Positions 1 through 9,029 are shown, counted from the first letter of the stretch. The stretch: DNA of 32,000 nucleotides from Thermosulfurimonas dismutans (GCF_001652585.1 NZ_LWLG01000013.1:30001-62000); one strand, 5' to 3'. A program made the numbers and translations. The notes: generated by a model not told the origin, from the letters alone.

Positions 1-1438
1 TTGCGGAATCCTCCACCACCTGCGGAAAGGCATCCAAGAGCTTAAAGAGCTTGAAATCCTCCGGGGTATCTAGGCGAGTGTAATCCGCATCTCCAAAAGT
101 CTCGAGTTTCAGACCAGCCTCTTCGGTCTTGCGGAAGACACTGCTCAGGCGCGCATGGGCATATTGCACGTAGTAAACGGGATTCTCCTGGCTCTGACGC
201 TTGGCAAGCTCCACATCGAACTCCAGAGGAGCGTCACACTTTCGGGTCAGAAAGGTGAAACGCACGGCGTCCCGGCCCACCTCGTCCATAAGCTCCCGCA
301 GAGTTACAAATTCTCCAGCCCGGGTGGACATACTCTTGAGCTTTCCTCCCTCGATGAGATTAACCATTTGAATAAGGAGGACCTGCAACCTTTCAGGATC
401 GATCTCCAGAGCGGAAAGTACGGCCTTTAACCGGGGCACATAACCGTGATGGTCGGCCCCCCAGACATCCACTACGAGGTCAAATCCCCGTTTCAGAAAC
501 TTTTCCCGATGGTAGGCGATATCCGAGGCAAAATAGGTGGGCTCGCCATTTGAACGTCGGACCACCCGGTCCTTCTCATCGCCAAAGGCCGAAGCCCGGA
601 ACCAAAGGGCCCCTTCCTTTTCGTAAAGATGGCCAGCCTCGGAAAGGGCTCGCAAGGCCTCCTCCACCTCGCCCCGTTCGTAAAGCCCCCTCTCCGAATA
701 CCAGACATCGTAAGAAACTCCGAAATCAATGAGATCCTGTTTGATCTCTTCTAGAATCTCTCTGAGGGCAAAATCGCGAGCAATGGCTACGGCTTCTTCT
801 TCTGGCAAGGTAAGTAAATTCGGCCTTTCCGCCAAAAGCTTACGGGCAAGGTCCTTGATATAGTCCCCTCGATAGTGATCCTCGGGAAAATCTATCTTTT
901 CACCGGAAAGCTCCCGGGCCCTGAGCCACACGGAGCGCCCCAGGATCTCCATTTGCCGGCCGCGGTCGTTTACATAGTATTCCTTGACGACTTCGTAACC
1001 GGCAAAGGAAAGGATACGAGCCAAGGTGTCGCCTACAGCCGCTCCCCGGCCGTGACCGATATGGAGCGGACCGGTGGGATTGGCCGAAACAAATTCCACC
1101 TGAACCTTACGGCCACGGCCTAGTTCGCTGCGCCCATAGTCCTCGCCCCGAGAAAGGACTTCTTTTACTACCGACTGCCAATATCCCGGAGCCACAAAAA
1201 AGTTGATAAACCCCGGCCCGGCCACCTCCACCTTCGAAAAGAGGTCCGCGCGAGCGGAAAGCTTGCCCGCAAGCTCATCCGCAAGTTCGCGGGGAGGACG
1301 TTTGAGCCTTCCGGCCAGCACCAAGGCGGCATTGGTAGCGTAGTCGCCAAAGGCTTCCTCCCGAGGAGGTTCCACTTTGAAAGGAAGATCCTCCGGAAGA
1401 TGTTTAAGTAGTTCCTCCCGAATCTTCTTTACGATCAT
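1..1438 (-). CDS. argS: arginine--tRNA ligase, N-terminal ~479 codons (gene runs off the left edge)
   Basis: Absent from the ORF track because it has no stop in the window. My own minus-strand translation from the ATG (complement of 1436-1438, GAGGGTG 5 nt upstream) is uninterrupted: MIVKKIREELLKHL...FVSANPTGPLHIGHGRGAAVGD (class I HIGH)...YYVNDRGRQM...GADHHGY...MSTRAGEFVTL (KMSKS-equivalent)...QYAHARL. Confidence 0.92.
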   Translation of the reverse strand, partial: MIVKKIREELLKHLPEDLPFKVEPPREEAFGDYATNAALVLAGRLKRPPRELADELAGKLSARADLFSKVEVAGPGFINFFVAPGYWQSVVKEVLSRGEDYGRSELGRGRKVQVEFVSANPTGPLHIGHGRGAAVGDTLARILSFAGYEVVKEYYVNDRGRQMEILGRSVWLRARELSGEKIDFPEDHYRGDYIKDLARKLLAERPNLLTLPEEEAVAIARDFALREILEEIKQDLIDFGVSYDVWYSERGLYERGEVEEALRALSEAGHLYEKEGALWFRASAFGDEKDRVVRRSNGEPTYFASDIAYHREKFLKRGFDLVVDVWGADHHGYVPRLKAVLSALEIDPERLQVLLIQMVNLIEGGKLKSMSTRAGEFVTLRELMDEVGRDAVRFTFLTRKCDAPLEFDVELAKRQSQENPVYYVQYAHARLSSVFRKTEEAGLKLETFGDADYTRLDTPEDFKLFKLLDAFPQVVEDSA

Positions 1439-1580
1439 CTTCACCCTCGTGTTTCAAAGTGACGTCGAGGCTAAAATCCGGGCACTTGATGGGTTTGGTA
1501 TTATCAAAGGAAAAACGTTTTACACAATGCTCCCGCCAGGCGCAACGGGCACAAATAACTACCTCTTCCTCTTTTTTCAC
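1404..1580 (-). CDS. possible small Cys-rich protein (58 aa), GTG start
   Basis: Not in the ORF track (GTG start, under 60 aa). Its GTG overlaps the upstream CooT-like stop as GTGA (1577-1580). Translation: VKKEEEVVICARCAWREHCVKRFSFDNTKPIKCPDFSLDVTLKHEGEDDRKEDSGGTT, with Cys at 10, 13, 19 and 33. It fills the 138-nt gap between the two genes and overlaps the argS start by 35 nt. No family recognised. Confidence 0.3.
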   Translation of the reverse strand: MKKEEEVVICARCAWREHCVKRFSFDNTKPIKCPDFSLDVTLKHEGEDDRKEDSGGTT

Positions 1581-1768
1581 GCCTCCTCCTCCACTATCAC
1601 CCGGTGTTTCAAGAAGTCTATCTCCCGAATCCGTCCTTTGATCTCCTTGGGGGGCTCAAAAAAAGCCCGAAGAACGACACCATCCGGCTTAACCTCCAAG
1701 GCCACCACATCCTTCATGATTTCTTCCTCTGTATCTCCCCGACGCACAAAAACCCGCGTCTGACACAT
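1577..1768 (-). CDS. CooT-family (small nickel-binding / formerly 'predicted RNA-binding') protein
   Basis: 63 aa starting MCQTRVFV (conserved Cys2). The pattern ...DVVALEVKPDGVVLRAFFEPPKEIKGRIREIDFLKHRVIVE resembles the CooT family as I recall it. Perfect SD AGGAGGTGAT lies upstream of the ATG at 1768. Confidence 0.6.
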   Translation of the reverse strand: MCQTRVFVRRGDTEEEIMKDVVALEVKPDGVVLRAFFEPPKEIKGRIREIDFLKHRVIVEEEA

Positions 1769-1804
1769 AAGATCACCTCCTAGTTTCTATTCAAAACCTA
1801 TACC

Positions 1805-2566
1805 TTAAAAATTGTTTTGTCCATCCGGCAGAAGAAAGGCTTTGAGGTCTTTGGACTCGCACGGAATAGACGGAAAATAGGACGGAAGAGGAGCAAAGAG
1901 AAAAAGAGGAAATCTTTTAATGGGGTGCATCAAGGCCAAAGCCAGGGCGTGAAGGAGAATGGCTTTACCGGAAAGCACTCGCCGACGGGAACCGTAGCGT
2001 CGATCCCCCATTACAGGATGGCCTATATGCGCAAGTTGGGCCCGAAGCTGGTGTTTCCTTCCGGTCTCCGGGAAAAGTAAAAGGGCTGTGCTTCCCTTAA
2101 AACGTCCCACCACCTTAAATCCGGTTACCGCTTTCCGAAAACCCTCACGAGGAGTTTCCGAGACCAGAGTTCTTCCTAGACGGGCATCCCATCGGAGATA
2201 AGCTTTCATAATTCCGGCTTCTTCAGACAGATGCCCTTCCACCACCGCCAGATAGGCCTTCCGTACCCCTCCTTCCCTGAAGACCTCGCTCAGTCGGGCC
2301 GCAGCCTTGGAAGTTTTGGCCAAAAGAACTACCCCTGAGGTTACCCGATCCAGCCGGTGAACCAGACCGAGATAAACCCCTCCAGGTTTCCGGTATTTCT
2401 CTTTCAAGTAAGCTTTGGCGGCCTCAAGAAGAGTAGGGTCTCCGGTACGGTCTCCCTGAATCAAAAGGCCGCCCGGCTTTTCTATAGCCAGGAGATGATT
2501 GTCCTCGTAAAGGATTTTCAAGCTCTCCTTGACACCCGCAGGCTTTTGTTCCATATTCATTTTCAT
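1805..2566 (-). CDS. RluA-family pseudouridine synthase
   Basis: Catalytic motif HRLDRVTSGVVLLAKT, and KxY..HQLR-type motif GRKHQLRAQLAHIGHPVMGDRRYG. Confidence 0.9.
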   Translation of the reverse strand: MKMNMEQKPAGVKESLKILYEDNHLLAIEKPGGLLIQGDRTGDPTLLEAAKAYLKEKYRKPGGVYLGLVHRLDRVTSGVVLLAKTSKAAARLSEVFREGGVRKAYLAVVEGHLSEEAGIMKAYLRWDARLGRTLVSETPREGFRKAVTGFKVVGRFKGSTALLLFPETGRKHQLRAQLAHIGHPVMGDRRYGSRRRVLSGKAILLHALALALMHPIKRFPLFLFAPLPSYFPSIPCESKDLKAFLLPDGQNNF

Positions 2567-2861
2567 GGAATTTTACCTGATCCTAGCAGCCATAATTGGC
2601 GTCTTGTTTGCGGCCTTTGCCATCCAGAACGCCTCGCCGGTAGCGGTCAAGTTTTTGGTCTGGCAGTTTGAGAGCTCTCTAGCGGTGGTCATCATTCTCT
2701 CGCTTCTGGCAGGCATGATCCTTATCTTTCTGATATCTCTCCCTGGAAGACTCAAACGCCGCAAAGAACTCTTTGACAAAAACCGGAAAATAAACGAACT
2801 AGAGAAACAGCTAAACGAGTTGAAACAGAAAATAGGCGGTTCGGAAAGCTCCTCGTCATGA
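2565..2861 (+). CDS. LapA/DUF1049-like small inner-membrane protein
   Basis: Two hydrophobic helices (MEFYLILAAIIGVLFAAFAI..., LAVVIILSLLAGMILIFLISL) followed by a charged coiled tail (RLKRRKELFDKNRKINELEKQLNELKQK). I start it at the internal ATG 2565 rather than the track's 2529. Confidence 0.6.
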   Translation: MEFYLILAAIIGVLFAAFAIQNASPVAVKFLVWQFESSLAVVIILSLLAGMILIFLISLPGRLKRRKELFDKNRKINELEKQLNELKQKIGGSESSSS

Positions 2862-3619
2862 CTGCTTTTATAACCGTAAAACCGGATTATGCCTATGCCG
2901 AAAAACTAGAACTCTTAAAGGGCCTCTATCACTTTATAGAAAACGAGGCCAAGAACTTCGGATTCGTATGTAGCCCGGGATGTAACTCCTGCTGCACCAC
3001 TTACCTTTGGACCACCTCCCTCGAGGCCCGGTATCTCAAAGAAGTTTTGACTCCGGAACTTGAAGCCCGATTGCTGGCCCTTAAAGAATACCCCCGTCCT
3101 GGGAGCACACCCAACACCATGGCTTTCCTTCTCATGCAGGGGAAAAACCCCCCCGAAGATCAGATGGCCAACCTCGGGCCCTGCCCTCTTCTCTCTTCCG
3201 AGAACCTTTGTCTGGCCTATGAAAGGCGGCCCCTAACCTGCCGGGTAATGTTTTCCAAAACGAAATGCGAACTCTCAGGAGAAGCCATAATGCCCCCGGA
3301 ATTTCTCGGGCTCTCAAGCCTCCTCTTTCAACTCATTGAAGAACTGGATGTAGGCGGAGTTTATGGGCATCTCATAGATCAGATAAAATTTCTGAGGGAT
3401 CTTGAAGCCGGCGCGCAAGAAGTACCGGAATGGCTTCTAGGGAACCGCGAGGCCCCTGATCTGGCCTACTCCCCAGAAGAAGAATACCTGCGAAAGGCCC
3501 TCTCCAGGCTTTATCGCCTGAAGTTGCCTTCGGGGAAAACTTTCAAGGAACACCTCGACGAGATCAAGGAAGGTTTCGGACAAAGAGAAGCCCTTTCGTT
3601 CTTGGATGAGATCCTCTAA
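2858..3619 (+). CDS. YkgJ-family cysteine-cluster protein (UPF0153)
   Basis: CSPGCNSCCTT cluster near the N-terminus, plus a second cluster GPCPLL...NLCLAYERRPLTCRV. ATGA overlap with the upstream gene. Confidence 0.65.
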   Translation: MTAFITVKPDYAYAEKLELLKGLYHFIENEAKNFGFVCSPGCNSCCTTYLWTTSLEARYLKEVLTPELEARLLALKEYPRPGSTPNTMAFLLMQGKNPPEDQMANLGPCPLLSSENLCLAYERRPLTCRVMFSKTKCELSGEAIMPPEFLGLSSLLFQLIEELDVGGVYGHLIDQIKFLRDLEAGAQEVPEWLLGNREAPDLAYSPEEEYLRKALSRLYRLKLPSGKTFKEHLDEIKEGFGQREALSFLDEIL

Positions 3620-4250
3620 ACCGCTTGTTCTCCTACTTTTGCGACACGAGGAAACTGAAAATCCCAGAGGGATTCTCTATGGCCAAACGGATGTCCCACT
3701 GAGCCCCGTTGGGCGCAAAAAAACTGAAGAACTGGTAGAAAAACTCTCACGTTTTCAAATAAAGGCCGTTTACGGAAGCGATCTCTCCCGCTCAAGTTAC
3801 GGAGCCAAACTCCTTGCCGAAAGGTCTGGCGTGCCTCTAACTCTAACCCCTCTTTTAAGGGAGATCGATTTCGGAAAGTGGACCGGTCTCACTTTCAAGG
3901 AACTCTTGAAGATCCCGGAATTCCGGGAGCGATTGGAGCATCCCGAAAAAATAAAACCCCCCGGAGGAGAAAGTCTAAAGGATCTTTCCGAACGGGCTCT
4001 ACGGGTAGTATCCGAGATTAAATATCACTTCCCGGAAGGACTGGTGGTTATCTTCTCACACGGAGGCCTCAACCGTGTCTTGATAGCCCGTCTCCTGGAT
4101 ATCCCTCTTAATCGCTTTTTTGCCCTGGAACAACGTCCCGGGGCCATAAATCTCCTGGTCTTCTTCCCGGACTCCCCTCCCCTATTGGCCCTTTTCAACG
4201 CTCCGCCAGAGATAGACCTCCGGCCTTACCTTGAGTATTATGGAATATAG
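3606..4250 (+). CDS. histidine phosphatase family protein (PGAM / alpha-ribazole-phosphatase-like)
   Basis: N-terminal LLLLRHEETE (RHG-type catalytic His) and a later IFSHGGLNRV motif. Confidence 0.8.
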   Translation: MRSSKPLVLLLLRHEETENPRGILYGQTDVPLSPVGRKKTEELVEKLSRFQIKAVYGSDLSRSSYGAKLLAERSGVPLTLTPLLREIDFGKWTGLTFKELLKIPEFRERLEHPEKIKPPGGESLKDLSERALRVVSEIKYHFPEGLVVIFSHGGLNRVLIARLLDIPLNRFFALEQRPGAINLLVFFPDSPPLLALFNAPPEIDLRPYLEYYGI

Positions 4251-5212
4251 TGAGAAAAGTAATCGAGGGATTAAAGGAAGCTGCCGGTATTTTTAAAGGT
4301 GAACGCCCGGTTTTCATAAACCGGGCGTTCCGTAAGCTTTTCGCTCTCAAAGAAGGAAGTGACTTCTCCCTTTCGGAGCTCTTCTTTCCGCTTCCGAACG
4401 ATCCTGGGTTATTCGAGGCCCAGAGGTTAAAACCCCTTGAACCGGTCATTAATCTTTCTGGGCTTCTGCTTCCCTTTGGGAAAGACCAAAACTTGGTTAT
4501 CCTCTGGGAAAAAGAAGAAGGAGCCTGGTTACGAGAAGAAAGGCTGGCCGCCATGGGCAAACTGGCCGGAGAAATCGCTCACGAGATAAACAATCCCTTG
4601 GGAGGTATCCTTCTCTATAGCAATCTCCTTAAAGAAGATCTGCCACCGGAAAGCCCCCTTCACACTCACGTGGAAAAGATCATCAAGCTGGCCACCCGCT
4701 GTCGCATAATTGCCAAAGCCCTCCTCAATTTTGGACGTCCAGAGGACGTTCACAAGGAGCCTCTAAATCTAAATTCTCTCCTGAAAGAAATGTATGAGCT
4801 GGTCTCAGACTATAGAATCCTTCGCCGTGTAAAACCCTATTGGCAACTCCAACCAGATCTCCCTCCCGTGGAAGCCGTAAGACCCCAACTAGAGCAGGTA
4901 GTTCTAAACCTTATCATCAATGCCGGGGAAGCCATGGAAGGTCAAGGTGAGATCCATTTTAAGACCGGCCAAACGGAAACCGAGGTCTTCTTCGAGATTC
5001 GCGATACCGGTCCGGGGATACCGGAAGATCTCCTCCCCCTTATCTTCGAACCCTTTTTCACCACCAAAAAGAGCGGAAAGGGCACAGGGCTTGGGCTTTC
5101 CATATGTCACGGTATAGTTAGACAACATGGGGGCCGAATAGAGGTAAGAAACGTCAAACCCCAGGGGGCAGCTTTTAGGGTGTTTTTACCTCTGAAGACC
5201 TATGAAGACTAA
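4250..5212 (+). CDS. cytoplasmic sensor histidine kinase
   Basis: H-box GEIAHEINNPLGG, N-box LNLIINAGEAM, G1 IRDTGPGIP, G2 GKGTGLGLSICHGIV. No TM segments. GTG start overlaps the upstream stop (TAGTG). Confidence 0.85.
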   Translation: MRKVIEGLKEAAGIFKGERPVFINRAFRKLFALKEGSDFSLSELFFPLPNDPGLFEAQRLKPLEPVINLSGLLLPFGKDQNLVILWEKEEGAWLREERLAAMGKLAGEIAHEINNPLGGILLYSNLLKEDLPPESPLHTHVEKIIKLATRCRIIAKALLNFGRPEDVHKEPLNLNSLLKEMYELVSDYRILRRVKPYWQLQPDLPPVEAVRPQLEQVVLNLIINAGEAMEGQGEIHFKTGQTETEVFFEIRDTGPGIPEDLLPLIFEPFFTTKKSGKGTGLGLSICHGIVRQHGGRIEVRNVKPQGAAFRVFLPLKTYED

Positions 5213-6554
5213 AGCTCGGATCCTCATTGTAGATGACGACCCTGGAATTAGAGATGCCTGTTTTCAGGTGTTAAGCCGTGAAGGCTACGAGATAGAACTG
5301 GCCGGTACTGCGGAAGAGGCTCGCAAGCTTATCTCGGACTTTGAGTTCGATGTTGTCCTCCTGGATCTAAAGCTCCCAGGTGTGGAAGGATTAGAACTCC
5401 TAAAAGAAATCAGAGAAGAAGATCCCCAGGCCCAAGTCATTGTCATCACGGCTTATGGGACGGTACAGGTAGCAGTTTCGGCCATGAAATTGGGGGCCAC
5501 CGACTTCTTGCAGAAACCCTTCAGCCCTCAGGAATTAAGGCTGGCCGTAGAAAAGGCCCTAGAGAAACGACGGTTGACTCTTGAAAACCTCTACCTCAAA
5601 CGCACTCTAGCCGAAAAGGAAGGCACTATCGAATTCATAGGTCAGAGTCCGGCTATAAAGCGCGTCCTTGAGAGAGCGGCGCTTGCGGCCCAAACCGATT
5701 CCACCGTACTCCTCACTGGAGAATCCGGAACCGGCAAAGGCCTCTTGGCTCGGAAGATCCATGAAATGAGTCCCCGACGGGAAGGCCCCTTTGTAGCCGT
5801 AGACTGCGGCACCCTAGTACCTACCCTTTTCGAATCCGAGCTCTTCGGACACGTAAAGGGCGCTTTTACCGGAGCTACCTCTCACAAGATCGGAAAGTTC
5901 GAGTTGGCAAACAATGGTACCATCTTTTTCGATGAAATTGGCAATATATCGCCTGATATTCAGGCCAAACTCCTTAAGGCCGTTGAAGAAAAGGAAATCT
6001 CGCCGGTAGGCAGTCATCGTCTGATAAGAGTGGATGTAAGAATCATAGCCGCCACCAATAAAAATCTGAAGGAAGAGGTCCGTAAAGGAAATTTTCGCGA
6101 AGACCTTTTTTTCCGTTTAAACGTAATTTCCATCCAGCTACCACCCTTGAGGGAAAGAAGAGAAGATATTCCCCTGCTAGCCGAATATTTCCTTAAACGG
6201 TATGCGAGAAAACATGGCAAACCGGTAGAAGCTCTGTCCCCAGAAGTCATTGAAGCCTTTCAAAGCTACACCTGGCCGGGTAACGTGCGAGAACTCGAAA
6301 ATACCATCGAAAGACTGGTAGTATTCGCTCGCAAGGATATCATTACCCCGGAAGACCTTTATTTTGCTGGTTTCGAGAGTGAAAAATTAGAATTCAAGCT
6401 AGAGGATGATCTACCGCTTGAAGAAGTAGAAAAACGTTATATCCTCAAGGTGCTTCGAAGCTGTGGTGGCAACAAGACCCTAGCTGCCAAACGACTGGGC
6501 ATCGATCGCAAGACCTTGAGGGAAAAATTAAAACGCTGGGGAATTTCAAAATAA
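5202..6554 (+). CDS. sigma-54-dependent response regulator (NtrC family)
   Basis: Receiver domain (ILIVDDD...VLLDLKLPG), AAA+ domain (GESGTGKG, GAFTGA sigma-54 contact loop, FFDEIG), and C-terminal Fis-type HTH (GNKTLAAKRLGIDRKTLREKLKR). Confidence 0.93.
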   Translation: MKTKARILIVDDDPGIRDACFQVLSREGYEIELAGTAEEARKLISDFEFDVVLLDLKLPGVEGLELLKEIREEDPQAQVIVITAYGTVQVAVSAMKLGATDFLQKPFSPQELRLAVEKALEKRRLTLENLYLKRTLAEKEGTIEFIGQSPAIKRVLERAALAAQTDSTVLLTGESGTGKGLLARKIHEMSPRREGPFVAVDCGTLVPTLFESELFGHVKGAFTGATSHKIGKFELANNGTIFFDEIGNISPDIQAKLLKAVEEKEISPVGSHRLIRVDVRIIAATNKNLKEEVRKGNFREDLFFRLNVISIQLPPLRERREDIPLLAEYFLKRYARKHGKPVEALSPEVIEAFQSYTWPGNVRELENTIERLVVFARKDIITPEDLYFAGFESEKLEFKLEDDLPLEEVEKRYILKVLRSCGGNKTLAAKRLGIDRKTLREKLKRWGISK

Positions 6555-7946
6555 AGGATACCAGAACACCTTGAGTCGAAACCTTCCCCCTTCCTTCCCA
6601 ATAGCAAACAAGCCATGAAACAATGAAAATTCAAATTCCGAAGGTGATCGGCGCAGAGATAACAAAAATGCTATTTCTTGTACGCTTTTAGAAGGTCCAG
6701 CCTCATAACGATAAAGCCCCCATAAAAGTTTGAAGTACCGTTTTCCATCGGGAAACCGGTAATATTCAAGCAACTTTAGAAAAGGACCCCAATTTCTTTC
6801 AACACCTTCATCATAGAAAGGCAATATGGCCGGAAAGTAAAAAAGACTTTCTCCCTCGGAGCTCCTATATCGTACAAACAAAGGCCAGAAACGAATAAAA
6901 CTTTCTTTCTCCTCTCCCTCCCGATAAACCTTACGATATCTCGATAGGAGGAGAATCCTGGCGGAGGTTTCCTCTTCCTTCCCCCTCACAAGATGTTCTC
7001 CCTGGAAAATAGGCCAAAGAACAAAGTTACTCTCTTTATCCGAAGTCTTGCGGTATCCGAAAAGGGGAAAGATTCGGAATCCTTCTTTATCTTCGCCTTT
7101 CTGAATCTGAAAAATGGGCCAGGGAAGATCCCACTGTTTAAATCGCTGGTCAGTGGTCTCCAAATGCTGAAAGAAAGGCCAGAAATAGATAGTTTTGCGA
7201 TAACGAGGTCCTTCCTCTCTTACCCACAAAGGGAAAAACATCCTCTTGCGGGCCGGAGGACCATCATCGTAATACCTTTCTTCCGAGATAAAAAATGGCC
7301 AGAGGAAAAAAGAACGCCGAAATTGGCCCTTCCTTTCGCGATAACCCCATATAGGCCAGACTTTGAACCCCGAGAGTTCTGGACCACGGCTGTAGTTAAA
7401 GATGGGCCAGAGAATATTGGTGGATCGATTGGAACCCTCTCTGGCCTGGGAGTAGATCGGCCATAGTACGAATCTGATCTCGTCGTATCCGAAACGTTCC
7501 TTCATGCGGCCGTAAATAGGAAAGAGCCCCCAGTACTTCTCCCCGCTCTCAGTCCTTCCCCAGAAAACCGGAAAATAGGTGTGGTGGGCCCCCGAAGTTT
7601 TCTCTCCCTCTACCCAGTCGTAAGAAAATAGAGGGACCAAACGAAACCTTCGGAAATCTTTCTCTTTATGATAATGCCCGAGAGGAGAGAGAAAATAGAG
7701 ATCCTCGGTTTTTTCCTCTTTGTTGGTGACCTCCGTAAAGATGGGTCTTAAAGAGAAAGAATCCTCTTTGGTGTTACGATAACGATAAATAAAAGGCCCC
7801 AAGAGCTCAAGACGGGACCTTTCCTTTTCTTTGGCATAGAAAAGAAGGGGCCAGAGATTGATACGAAAACTATCTCCCCAACCGAGGCCCGGAAGCAGAA
7901 GACAGAGCAAAAGGCCCACAAAAACCGATCTCTTCATCTTGTCCAA
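6546..7946 (-). CDS. secreted repeat protein of unknown function (WP-repeat, outer-membrane-like), last gene of the mla operon
   Basis: Signal peptide MDKMKRSVFVGLLLCLLLPGLGWG. About 17 copies of a [LFV]-[WF]-P-[ILF]-[FYW] motif every ~20-28 aa (LWPLLFY, FPVFWG, LFPIYG, LWPIYS, LWPIFN, VWPIWG, LWPFF, FWPFFQ, PWPIFQ, IFPLFG, LWPIFQ, FWPLFV...). C-terminal ...VFWYPLF ends in Phe, as in OMP signatures. Confidence 0.7.
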   Translation of the reverse strand: MDKMKRSVFVGLLLCLLLPGLGWGDSFRINLWPLLFYAKEKERSRLELLGPFIYRYRNTKEDSFSLRPIFTEVTNKEEKTEDLYFLSPLGHYHKEKDFRRFRLVPLFSYDWVEGEKTSGAHHTYFPVFWGRTESGEKYWGLFPIYGRMKERFGYDEIRFVLWPIYSQAREGSNRSTNILWPIFNYSRGPELSGFKVWPIWGYRERKGQFRRSFFLWPFFISEERYYDDGPPARKRMFFPLWVREEGPRYRKTIYFWPFFQHLETTDQRFKQWDLPWPIFQIQKGEDKEGFRIFPLFGYRKTSDKESNFVLWPIFQGEHLVRGKEEETSARILLLSRYRKVYREGEEKESFIRFWPLFVRYRSSEGESLFYFPAILPFYDEGVERNWGPFLKLLEYYRFPDGKRYFKLLWGLYRYEAGPSKSVQEIAFLLSLRRSPSEFEFSLFHGLFAIGKEGGRFRLKVFWYPLF

Positions 7947-7952
7947 CTACCC

Positions 7953-9029
7953 TTATTGCATAGCTGCCCCGGCAATAGTGCCTAGGATAGAAATAGGTAC
8001 CTGTTCCTGAATCCCGGTGCTGGCTCTGTTCACGTTTTGAAGGGTCTTCTTGGCCTCGATGTAGAGAGAATCATCGTTGATGAGTTTACCCAAGGTACCT
8101 TCACCTCGTTCAACCTTCTTTACGATCCGATTCAGGGAGGCCGCCGTGTCCTTGAGCTCTTCATAAAGTTCGTCATCCGTCAAAAGCTTGCCAAGAGTAC
8201 CTTCCCCTTTGTTTATTCTATCCGCTACTTCTGCAATGGCCGTGGACCCCCTCTCCACGCTCTTCATGGCTTCCTTAAAGCTGAGGTAAAGCTCTTCATC
8301 CGTAAGGAGTTTGCCTAAAGTACCTTCTCCTCGCCGCATCTTTTCGGAGACCTCTTTTAAATTGGCCATAGTGACTTTAAAGTCTGCAAAGCTGCGTCTA
8401 ATATCTGTGTAAAGGGTCTCATCTACTAGGAGTTTACCCAAAGTGCCCTCACCCCGGACTACCTTTTCGCCCACCTCTTTAAAGGCCGCACTGGCATCCC
8501 TAAGATTAACGATCAATTCCTTGAGGTTATTACGTCCCTCCTCGCTTCCCAGAATCTCACTCAACCCCTCGGCCACCTTCTTCAAATCTTTGATAGCCGG
8601 GCCAACCTCCGCAATTACCTGACTGAGATCCATAGGACTTTGTGTGTGGGCTAGGGTAGCTCCAGCCACAAGAAATTCCGAAGATTTTCCCTGTCTAACC
8701 TCTACAAAACGATCTCCAAGAACCCCAGCCGTCCGGATAAGGGCCTCGGCGTCCCGGGTTAGCTTGAAGTCCTTGTAGATCAGGAGTTCGACCTTGGCCC
8801 GGCCTTCGGGAAGAAGCGAAATGGCCCCCACCTTTCCAATCTCTACCCCAGCCATCTCCACCCGGGCTCCCCGCACGAGTCCCGAAACGTTATCGAATAC
8901 CGCATAGACCGGATAAGTTCCTCGGGGAACCAAGGATTCTTCCGCAAGTTTGACTGTGAGATAAGCTAAAGCCAAAAGGGCCACCAAAACAAAAACGCCA
9001 ACTTTAATCTCCGTGCTTTTCTTGTACAT
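7953..9029 (-). CDS. mlaD: MlaD/MCE-domain protein with C-terminal repeat extension
   Basis: N-terminal TM anchor (KVGVFVLVALLALAYL), then an MCE domain (YPVYAVFDNVSGLVRGARVEMAGVEIGKV). Four C-terminal GEGTLGKL(L/I)xD(D/E)xLY repeats. Start taken at MYKKSTEIK (9029). Confidence 0.85.
   Translation of the reverse strand: MYKKSTEIKVGVFVLVALLALAYLTVKLAEESLVPRGTYPVYAVFDNVSGLVRGARVEMAGVEIGKVGAISLLPEGRAKVELLIYKDFKLTRDAEALIRTAGVLGDRFVEVRQGKSSEFLVAGATLAHTQSPMDLSQVIAEVGPAIKDLKKVAEGLSEILGSEEGRNNLKELIVNLRDASAAFKEVGEKVVRGEGTLGKLLVDETLYTDIRRSFADFKVTMANLKEVSEKMRRGEGTLGKLLTDEELYLSFKEAMKSVERGSTAIAEVADRINKGEGTLGKLLTDDELYEELKDTAASLNRIVKKVERGEGTLGKLINDDSLYIEAKKTLQNVNRASTGIQEQVPISILGTIAGAAMQ

Noticed and set aside
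155-1350. Several 60-91-aa ORFs (155-430, 493-729, 550-732, 875-1123, 1168-1350)
   Set aside because: All lie within the uninterrupted minus-strand argS frame, either off-frame or antisense.
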